Shown here piece by piece: positions 57,048 to 64,000 of a stretch of DNA of 64,000 bases; within the stretch, counting starts at the first letter, position 1; each line of letters begins with the position of its first letter. The notes below the pieces were generated by a model. That model had not been told where the DNA came from and ran no database searches. It saw only the letters and a program-made list of their open reading frames with translations. Origin of the DNA: Bacillota bacterium (GTDB lineage Bacteria > Bacillota_I > Bacilli_A > RF39 > UBA660). Both the position numbers and the translations under genes were made by a program. The DNA is taken from NCBI GenBank assembly GCA_015059495.1, contig SVAI01000001.1, forward strand, positions 565,525 to 629,524. Direction: 5' to 3'.

Positions 57048-57549
57048 AATTAATATAAGTATTATTCTTAACTAATACTAAATATAACTTATTATCATTA
57101 ACTTTACTAATAATATCACCCTTATTTACATAATCATATAAATTAATAGTATAATCCACTACATTACCATACCATATATCTACTCCATCTATACCTTGTA
57201 TAATTATAGTATTATTATAACCATCTTTATTACCTATAAATACTACTACACCACTATTTATAGCGCTTACTAAATAATCACTATCTACATTAATAATTTT
57301 ACCATTTAAATAATTGTCCATTAAGTTATTACCTAACGTTTCTTTAAATACTGGTTTATCTTTTTGAGTAATAGGTATAACATTACCAAAATACTTATTA
57401 TATATATTACCTACCTTATTAAAAGATAAACTATTATCAAATACAATACTTTTAAAAGTATTAATATTATTACTATCTATTTTTAAATAAATAACACAAA
57501 GTAAAAAAAAGATAATACTTAATAATATCTTACTTATATATTTCTTCAT
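57028..57549 (-). CDS. spoIVFA: SpoIVFA-like protein (TM anchor + degenerate LytM/M23 domain)
   Basis: N-terminal TM helix. The C-terminal region GVVVFIGNKDGYNNTIIIQGIDGVDIWYGNV...NKGDIIS resembles a non-catalytic M23/LytM fold. Operon position is upstream of spoIVFB. Confidence 0.5.
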   Translation of the reverse strand: MKKYISKILLSIIFFLLCVIYLKIDSNNINTFKSIVFDNSLSFNKVGNIYNKYFGNVIPITQKDKPVFKETLGNNLMDNYLNGKIINVDSDYLVSAINSGVVVFIGNKDGYNNTIIIQGIDGVDIWYGNVVDYTINLYDYVNKGDIISKVNDNKLYLVLVKNNTYINYEDYKV

Positions 57550-57551
57550 AC

Positions 57552-58238
57552 TTAATTATATGTATTTATTTTCTTATTATCATAAAAACTATAATAATTA
57601 TTATTACCTATAATTATATGATCTAATACTGGTATACCTATCATATTACCACTATCTTGTAATTTCTTAGTTAATTCTATATCTGCATTAGATGGAGTTG
57701 AATTACCAGACGGATGATTATGCACTACTATAATTGAATATGCACTATGTTTAACAGCTAATTTAAATATTTCTCTAGGATGTATAGTTGAATAAGATAT
57801 AGTACCTTTAAATATAGTTTCTTTAGCTATTAACTTATTTTTAGTATCTAAAAATAGTGCTATAAAGTGCTCTTGATAAGCATTAATAAAATCATATTTT
57901 AATAAATCATAAATAATTCTATTATTATTAATAACTATATTAGAACTATCTTTTTTTAATACCCTTTTACCTAATTCTATAGCAGCTAATATACTAATAG
58001 CTTTAGCTTCTTTAATACCTTTAATAGATGTTAATTCTTCTATAGTAGCATTCTCTAAATTATTAATACCTATCTTATTAATAATATCATTAGATAAATC
58101 TTTAACACTAATACTTTTAGTACCACACCTAAGTATAATAGCAAGTAATTCATCACTACCTAATGATTCTACACCATATTTTAATAACCTTTCTCTAGGT
58201 CTAATACTTAAATCCATATCTTTTATTAATACACTCAT
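57552..58238 (-). CDS. radC: RadC-like JAB-domain protein (UPF0758)
   Basis: HhH N-terminal region and a JAMM motif HNHPSGNSTPSNAD. Confidence 0.85.
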   Translation of the reverse strand: MSVLIKDMDLSIRPRERLLKYGVESLGSDELLAIILRCGTKSISVKDLSNDIINKIGINNLENATIEELTSIKGIKEAKAISILAAIELGKRVLKKDSSNIVINNNRIIYDLLKYDFINAYQEHFIALFLDTKNKLIAKETIFKGTISYSTIHPREIFKLAVKHSAYSIIVVHNHPSGNSTPSNADIELTKKLQDSGNMIGIPVLDHIIIGNNNYYSFYDNKKINTYN

Positions 58239-58645
58239 ATCTCCTCCATATACTTCTTTAAAATATCTTTAATAGTATTTTCTATATCATTATCAATATT
58301 CTTTTCATATTCTTTTAAATAGTTATAAAAATTATTAGATACATTAATACTTCTAACATAATAAGGTATACCTAAATCATCAAAATATTTTTCTATTTTA
58401 TTTAACTTATCACTAACTATAGCAACATATACTCTATATTTATTACTATCACTTATAACAATTGCCCCATACTTACTAGCTAACTTATTAGCATTACTTA
58501 TCTCATCAAATGCCCCTACTTGTATAGCATATACATTATTTACTGATGCAACACTAATATCTTTATTAAATAATTTAAAAGAATATAATCCAAGTAATAT
58601 ACCTATACTAGCAGAAAACAATAAACAAACTATTATCTTTTTCAT
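58235..58645 (-). CDS. Membrane-anchored SPOR-domain-like protein
   Basis: TM helix followed by YAIQVGAF....A..LASKYGA...YRVYVAIVSD, which resembles the SPOR fold. It overlaps radC by 4 nt. Confidence 0.45.
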   Translation of the reverse strand: MKKIIVCLLFSASIGILLGLYSFKLFNKDISVASVNNVYAIQVGAFDEISNANKLASKYGAIVISDSNKYRVYVAIVSDKLNKIEKYFDDLGIPYYVRSINVSNNFYNYLKEYEKNIDNDIENTIKDILKKYMEEI

Positions 58646-58845
58646 ATTTATTCACCATAAGTATACTAACAATAATATTAATAAAATAATGTCACATAAT
58701 GTCCTTATAACATAATAAAAAGATATTGTAAATAATTTACAATATCCATGTAAAATAATATAAAAAGCATTTTTTACTAAGCAATAATTGATTGTTTATA
58801 TATAAATAATTTATTTATTAAATTACATCTATAACAAAAATAAAA

Positions 58846-58879
58846 AAATAAAAAAGTGTAATACTTTACACTTTTTTTA
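58846..58879 (-). terminator. Terminator of the pilin gene
   Basis: Minus-strand hairpin aaagtgtaaagtattacacttt followed by a U-run. Confidence 0.5.
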
Positions 58880-59479
58880 TTATTCACCTTTGTAATTGTT
58901 AATAACAGTATCAGCAGGAATATTAAAGTCAGTTGGACAACCAGTATCTTTATTTGGTTCTGATTCAAATCCACTTGGTGCATTCTTAACAGCATCTTGT
59001 GAAGGAATGTGTTCAGAACTATTAATTTGAGATTCTTTTCCTTGTAGATAGAATGCAGAATTTGTTGTATTAATAAATACAATTGGTTCTCCTGTATTTG
59101 GTACCCACATTTGGATATATCCACCGTATGATTCTCCTAAATCTTTCTTAACATATTGTTCATCAACAAGATCTTTTAAAGTCATACATAAATACTTATA
59201 ACTTCCAGCGCTAGTTCCTGTTGTTTTAACATTATATACTGCAGTTTTAGCAGCATCTTCAGTAGTTAAAGTAGTTTTAGTTTCAATCTTCTTTCCACTC
59301 TTTTCAGTGAATGCTGTGTTAAATTCCTTTACCATGTTTAACATTTCATTCTTAAATGAATTTTGTTGTGATCTTTGCATGATACTTGTTACTGCTGGTG
59401 TAGCAACTAATACTAATACAGCTAAAATAACGATAACTGCTAGTAATTCTACTAATGTAAATCCTTTACTTTTTTTCAT
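58880..59479 (-). CDS. Type IV pilin / pseudopilin (PilA/ComGC-like, 199 aa)
   Basis: MKKSKG|FTLVELLAVIVILAVLVLVATPAV is a textbook prepilin leader with Gly-1, Phe+1, Glu+5 and a hydrophobic alpha1 helix. The C-terminus has a Cys pair (C...C). The gene is noticeably GC-richer than its neighbours. Confidence 0.75.
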   Translation of the reverse strand: MKKSKGFTLVELLAVIVILAVLVLVATPAVTSIMQRSQQNSFKNEMLNMVKEFNTAFTEKSGKKIETKTTLTTEDAAKTAVYNVKTTGTSAGSYKYLCMTLKDLVDEQYVKKDLGESYGGYIQMWVPNTGEPIVFINTTNSAFYLQGKESQINSSEHIPSQDAVKNAPSGFESEPNKDTGCPTDFNIPADTVINNYKGE

Positions 59480-59682
59480 ATTTTCCTCTCCTCTTTCTAT
59501 ACATATATTTTTATAAAGGTTTGCTAATTAATAGCATCTTTGAAAATCGAAGTACTATTAACTATGAAGCGTATCACTTGACGTTTTTTTTAACCTCATA
59601 AATATATGTTATACTTCTATTCTCAATTATGATTATAATATCAAATATGTCAAAAGTCAATTGTGTTCAATTAATTTTACAC

Positions 59683-59904
59683 TTATTTTAACACATTTAA
59701 TAAATTAGTTATATTTTCTACGTTTTCTAAGGCTTTATTAACCCTATCACCTATCTTTAAAGTATACTTATTCTTAACAAATTCATCAAACTTTACAAAA
59801 TTTGTTTCGCCCCTATTTAATTCTTTAATAAACATAGAATCTCTCTTTAAATATTCATAATAATTTTTAGTATTTAATATCTTAATTTGAATAGATACTT
59901 TCAT
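59683..59904 (-). CDS. YlbE-like small protein
   Basis: 73 aa, directly downstream of the ylbD-like gene as in B. subtilis ylbD-ylbE. Similarity is weak (…Y..L…F…N…DRV…). Confidence 0.35.
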   Translation of the reverse strand: MKVSIQIKILNTKNYYEYLKRDSMFIKELNRGETNFVKFDEFVKNKYTLKIGDRVNKALENVENITNLLNVLK

Positions 59905-59906
59905 AC

Positions 59907-60242
59907 TTAATCTCCAAAGAATTTAGTAATAGGTCTAGGTATAGTAGGTCCTTTAATATTTTCTATAGTAGATGCTCCACTCTTAGTAAATTCAGATATA
60001 ACATTTAATGCTTTCTGAGCATTATTAATATGTTCTTGTATTTTATTCATATCCATATTTTTAAATATATCACTAATATTACTATTATTATTTAAATACT
60101 TACTCCATGTTTTATCATCTTCACCATATATATCATATATTTCATATAACTTTTGCCAAGACATATCTTTATGATTATCTAAATAATTAATTAACTCTGG
60201 ATGTTTCTTAGCAAATAACTTAAATTCATCTTTTTTATCCAT
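59907..60242 (-). CDS. ylbD: YlbD-like protein (putative spore-coat-associated)
   Basis: MDKKDEFKLFAKKHPELINYLDNHKDMSWQKLYEIYDIYGEDDKTW aligns with B. subtilis YlbD (…QQFKEFVQKHPKLIQEVRNNNKSWQELYEDWYLLGENDEQW…). Confidence 0.55.
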   Translation of the reverse strand: MDKKDEFKLFAKKHPELINYLDNHKDMSWQKLYEIYDIYGEDDKTWSKYLNNNSNISDIFKNMDMNKIQEHINNAQKALNVISEFTKSGASTIENIKGPTIPRPITKFFGD

Positions 60243-60285
60243 AAAAAATCACCTACTATATACTATGATATAGTAAGTGATTATA

Positions 60286-62844
60286 TTATAATTTGAAGTC
60301 TTGATAGAAATCATCTAAAGAAGTTTGAACAAATTCTTCTTTCTTTTCTTCTTTAACTTCTTCTTTTTTTACTTCTTCCTCTTTTTTTTCTTCTACTGAA
60401 GCATTAACTTTTTTAGTAACCTTCTTATCTTGTAATTCAACTTCAAGTATTGCATCAGTTACATTCTTTTTAGTAATTGCAGATCCAGTAGAATTTAAAT
60501 CCATAATAGATACATCACTATTCTTAATATTACTTATTTCTCCATCAACTATTAAAGATATATTATCTTTAGAATTAGTTAATAAACAAGTTAATATTTG
60601 ATAATCATTAGATTTAACTTTCTTAATTATGTTAGATCCCTTCTTAGCTCTATTATGTAACTCTAGATCACTAATTTTAACACGTTTAGCTGTTTTCTTA
60701 TTAGTTACTACAGTTAAGTATTCTTTAGTATCATCATATGGTAAACCACATATAACTTCATCATCTGTAAGACCAATACCCTTAACACCAGATGCTCTAG
60801 CACCAACAACAGATATTTCATCACTCTTGATATTTAAATACTTACCACCCTTAGTAACAAATAATGTATTAGGTCTAGTTCTCTTAACACTAATAACTTC
60901 ATCTTTATCTTTTAATTTAAATGCTAACATAGCTTTAGAATATCTAGTAACAACAAATTCACTTAATTGTGTACGTTTTACTAAACCATTCTTAGTAAAT
61001 AATGTTAAATCATTAGTTTCATCATCTAATACAATAGCATTAACTACTTTTTCATCACTAGATAAACCAGAAATAATATTATTAACATGTTTACCAATTT
61101 CTTTATATTTACTATCTTGTAAAATATGTACTGGTATAAATAAGTAATTACCTAAATTAGTAAATATTAAAATATTATCTAAAGTACTAACATTAAATAT
61201 TTGAGTAACATAATCTCCTGGTTTTAATGTAGGCATTTCTCCTTCATTAGCAGCATAAGCCTTCTTAGATACACGTTTTAAATATCCATCATTAGTTACA
61301 AATACTACAACATCTTCTTCTTTAATCATAGCCTTCATATCTAATTTAATTTCAGTTACTTCATCTTTAATAATAGTACGTCTTGGATTACCATACTCTT
61401 TCTTAATTTGTTTTAATTCTTGAACCATAACATGTTTTAAAGCATCTTCATTGCTTAATATTTGTTCCCAAATAGCAATCTTTTCTTTTAATTCTTTCAT
61501 CTTATCTTGTAGTTCAACAATATCAGTATTAGTTAATCTATATAATTGTAATTCTACAATAGCTTTAGCTTGTAATTCATTAAACTTAAATTCTTTAACT
61601 AAATTCTCAATAGCATCACTCTTATTCTTAGATGCTCTAATTACTTTAATTACTTCATCTAAAATAGATATAGCTTTAACTAAACCTTCTAAAATATGTA
61701 ATTGATCTTTAGCAGCTCTTAAATCAAATTCAGTTCTTCTTGTAACAACATCTTTTTGATGAGCAATAAATGCATCTAATATATCTAAAACACCAACATA
61801 CTTAGGTCTTCTATTAACAATAGCTACCATATTAAAGTTATAATTAACTTGTAAATCAGTATTCTTATATAAATAGTTTAATATTAAATTAGCATCTGCT
61901 TCTTTCTTTAAATCAATAACAATTCTAGCCATATTTTCATGATCAGATTCATCAATAACATCATTAATGCCATCAACTTTCTTATCAATCTTAATATCTA
62001 TTATCTTCTTAATTAATACTTCTTTAACTAAATCATAAGGAATAGATTTAACAATAATTTGATTCTTTCCTTTTTCATTTATTATTTCACAATCAGCTTT
62101 TAATACTACTTTACCTTTACCAGTAGTATAAGCTTTAATTAACTCTTCTTTACCTTCAATTACACCACCAGTAGGAAAATCTGGACCTGGCATAATATCC
62201 ATAATTGTTTCTAATCTACAGTTAGGACTTTCTATTCTCTTAACTGTAGCATCAATTACTTCACTTAAGTTATGTGTTGGAATATCAGTAGCATAACCTG
62301 CAGAAATACCAGTTGAACCATTAACAAGTAAGTTAGGAAATCTAGCAGGAAGAACAGTTGGTTCTAACTCTGTATCATCAAAGTTATAAGTCATTTCAAC
62401 TGTATTCTTGTTTATTGATTCTAACATTGTTTCAGCAATCTTTGATAGTCTTGCTTCTGTATAACGCATGGCAGCAGCTCCATCACCATCGATTGAACCA
62501 TTATTACCATGAATATCAACAAATACTTCTCTCATCTTCCATGGTTGAGACATTCTAATTAATGCATCATAAATAGATGAATCACCATGTGGATGGAAAT
62601 TACCCATTATTTCTCCAACAGCCTTAGCAGATTTTCTATATGGTTTATCATAAGAATAACCACTCTTCTTCATACCATATAAAATACGTCTTTGAACTGG
62701 TTTTAAACCATCTCTAACATCAGGTAAAGCACGTTCTTGAATAATCTCTTTAGAATATCTACCGAAACCAATTTCCATTATTTCATCAATAGCGTACTCT
62801 TGTATTTTCTCTATAATCTCTTCAGTCTCTTTTTTCTTTGGCAT
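60286..62844 (-). CDS. parC: Type IIA topoisomerase subunit A (topoisomerase IV ParC, by position after parE; GyrA not excluded)
   Basis: The N-terminal winged-helix/tower region carries the catalytic-Tyr context (…ARYTEARLSKIAE…). LPDVRDGLKPVQRRILY is present, followed by a C-terminal beta-pinwheel and an unusual K/E-rich tail. Size 852 aa. Confidence 0.85.
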   Translation of the reverse strand: MPKKKETEEIIEKIQEYAIDEIMEIGFGRYSKEIIQERALPDVRDGLKPVQRRILYGMKKSGYSYDKPYRKSAKAVGEIMGNFHPHGDSSIYDALIRMSQPWKMREVFVDIHGNNGSIDGDGAAAMRYTEARLSKIAETMLESINKNTVEMTYNFDDTELEPTVLPARFPNLLVNGSTGISAGYATDIPTHNLSEVIDATVKRIESPNCRLETIMDIMPGPDFPTGGVIEGKEELIKAYTTGKGKVVLKADCEIINEKGKNQIIVKSIPYDLVKEVLIKKIIDIKIDKKVDGINDVIDESDHENMARIVIDLKKEADANLILNYLYKNTDLQVNYNFNMVAIVNRRPKYVGVLDILDAFIAHQKDVVTRRTEFDLRAAKDQLHILEGLVKAISILDEVIKVIRASKNKSDAIENLVKEFKFNELQAKAIVELQLYRLTNTDIVELQDKMKELKEKIAIWEQILSNEDALKHVMVQELKQIKKEYGNPRRTIIKDEVTEIKLDMKAMIKEEDVVVFVTNDGYLKRVSKKAYAANEGEMPTLKPGDYVTQIFNVSTLDNILIFTNLGNYLFIPVHILQDSKYKEIGKHVNNIISGLSSDEKVVNAIVLDDETNDLTLFTKNGLVKRTQLSEFVVTRYSKAMLAFKLKDKDEVISVKRTRPNTLFVTKGGKYLNIKSDEISVVGARASGVKGIGLTDDEVICGLPYDDTKEYLTVVTNKKTAKRVKISDLELHNRAKKGSNIIKKVKSNDYQILTCLLTNSKDNISLIVDGEISNIKNSDVSIMDLNSTGSAITKKNVTDAILEVELQDKKVTKKVNASVEEKKEEEVKKEEVKEEKKEEFVQTSLDDFYQDFKL

Positions 62845-62859
62845 AATTTCACATCCTTT

Positions 62860-64000
62860 CTATTTTCTAAAATCATCTTCTAATGTAAAGTCTACATTTT
62901 CATTAATCCATGCTTTTCTTGGAGCAACTTCATCACCCATAAGTGTATGAATTCTCTTTTCAGCTAATGCTGCATCAGATAATGTAACACGAATTAATCT
63001 TCTATTCTTAGGTGACATAGTTGTTTCATATAATTCATCAGCATTCATTTCACCTAAACCTTTAAATCTTTGTAATTTATAATTACCTTTTAAAGTTTTC
63101 TTCTTTTCTTCTAATTCTTCATCAGTTGCAATATATTCTTTAATACCTTTAGCACCTGTTTCAACACTATATAGTGGTGGTGTTGCAATATAAAGCATAC
63201 CATTCTCAATTAATGGTCTCATAAACTTATAGAAGAATGTAATTAAAAGTATTTGAATATGACTACCATCGACATCGGCATCGGTCATGATAATAACTTT
63301 ACCATAATTAGATTCTTTAACGTCAAAATCTTGACCTAAACCAGCCCCAATAGCATATTCAATTAATCTTAATTCGGCATTATTTTCAATATCATTACTT
63401 GAAGCTTTTTCAGTATTTAATACCTTACCTCTTAAAGGTAGTATAGCTTGATGTTCTCTATCTCTATATGACTTAGCAGAACCACCAGCCGAATCTCCCT
63501 CGACTAAGAATAATTCATTTTTAGAATATTCTTTACTAGTAGCTTTAGCTAACTTTTCACTAATAATTCTTTCTCTATTATTTTTAGTCTTATCGCCTTT
63601 TCTAACACTTTCTCTAGCTTTTCTAGCAGCTTCTCTAGCTTGTCTAGATTTATCAGCCTTTTCTAAAATAGTCTTAGCAATTTCTTTATTTTCTTCTAAA
63701 TAGAATTTTAAGTTTTCGTAAATAACTTGTTCTACTGCTTGTTTTGCTTCTGGTGTACCAAGTTTACCCTTAGTTTGTCCTTCAAATTGTAAAATATCTT
63801 CAGGAATTCTAACGCTAATAATTGCAGATAAACCTTCTCTTAAATCATCACCAGTTAATGAAGAATTACCTTTAACTATATTATTATTTTTAGCATATTC
63901 ATTAAATGCTTTAGTTAAACCTGATTTAAAACCTACTTCATGAGATCCACCATCACCAGTTTTAACATCATTAACAAATGATAATATTTGTTCATTATAT
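62860..64000 (-). CDS. parE: Type IIA topoisomerase subunit B (ParE/GyrB), C-terminal TOPRIM/tail part; gene continues beyond the window end
   Basis: Hand translation of the minus strand from the window end gives an uninterrupted frame with LVEGDSAGGSAK, PLRGKVLNTEKA and IMTDADVDGSHI (TOPRIM). The track lists only the portion from the first internal Met (62860-63288). Confidence 0.85.
   Translation of the reverse strand, partial: YNEQILSFVNDVKTGDGGSHEVGFKSGLTKAFNEYAKNNNIVKGNSSLTGDDLREGLSAIISVRIPEDILQFEGQTKGKLGTPEAKQAVEQVIYENLKFYLEENKEIAKTILEKADKSRQAREAARKARESVRKGDKTKNNRERIISEKLAKATSKEYSKNELFLVEGDSAGGSAKSYRDREHQAILPLRGKVLNTEKASSNDIENNAELRLIEYAIGAGLGQDFDVKESNYGKVIIMTDADVDGSHIQILLITFFYKFMRPLIENGMLYIATPPLYSVETGAKGIKEYIATDEELEEKKKTLKGNYKLQRFKGLGEMNADELYETTMSPKNRRLIRVTLSDAALAEKRIHTLMGDEVAPRKAWINENVDFTLEDDFRK

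Noticed and set aside
58777-59124. Minus-strand 115-aa ORF overlapping the pilin gene in another frame. Also the plus-strand ORF at 59307-59516.
   Set aside because: The pilin frame has the diagnostic prepilin leader and a coherent domain structure. These alternatives are frame artefacts.
60629-62558. Three plus-strand ORFs (172, 84 and 66 aa) inside parC.
   Set aside because: They are antisense to a conserved topoisomerase gene, with serine/leucine-rich nonsense composition.
62860-63288. Track ORF suggesting a separate 142-aa gene starting with MTDADVDG.
   Set aside because: Hand translation shows the frame continues uninterrupted upstream to the window edge through the ParE/GyrB TOPRIM motifs. 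The Met is internal (…KVIIMTDADVDGSHI…).
1-64000. Possibility that this is a mollicute genome using TGA=Trp, prompted by the DUF285 proteins and very low GC.
   Set aside because: All conserved genes are full length under the standard code and Trp positions use TGG. A peptidoglycan synthesis and sporulation gene set is present (mraY, PBPs, sigK, spoIVFB).

Overview
This 64 kb window is very AT-rich (roughly 20-25% GC by eye) and densely packed with genes, almost all of them on the minus strand. It uses the standard genetic code: ORFs are long and intact, Trp is encoded by TGG, and there is no sign of TGA recoding. The gene content points to a spore-forming low-GC Firmicute (Erysipelotrichia- or Clostridia-like), not a mollicute, even though the window is full of DUF285/BspA-like repeat proteins. 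Most of the content is housekeeping, division and sporulation genes. These include yqeH'-yqeG, sigK, divIVA, sepF, and a dcw-cluster fragment (mraZ-rsmH-ftsL-pbpB-spoVD-mraY). There are also mtaB, efp, rpmG, glyQS behind a T-box leader, recD2, a short AlaRS, an AI-2E transporter, rplU-prp-rpmA, tRNA-Arg(UCU), frr, nfo, lysS, a GGDEF cyclase, spoIVFB/spoIVFA, radC, ylbD/ylbE-like genes, and parC plus the 3' part of parE. Type IV pilus parts are scattered through the window: a prepilin peptidase, a PilC-like platform protein, a 199-aa pilin and a 591-aa prepilin-like protein. The most unusual feature is a family of seven secreted proteins that share one N-terminal module: a SipW-cognate-type signal peptide (…S-Y-A-Y-F…) followed by a TasA/camelysin-like domain. 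That module is fused to different C-terminal payloads: DUF285 repeat arrays (four genes, three in tandem next to the tRNA), a GH5 glycosidase with LRR/DUF285 repeats (one gene), and a Cys-rich domain (two genes). A second locus of interest sits in the large intergenic gap between mraY and mtaB: a 26-aa hydrophobic peptide with a strong ribosome-binding site, facing a convergent, GC-rich, terminator-ended non-coding element (a possible type I toxin/sRNA pair). No CRISPR array, transposase or integrase was seen.
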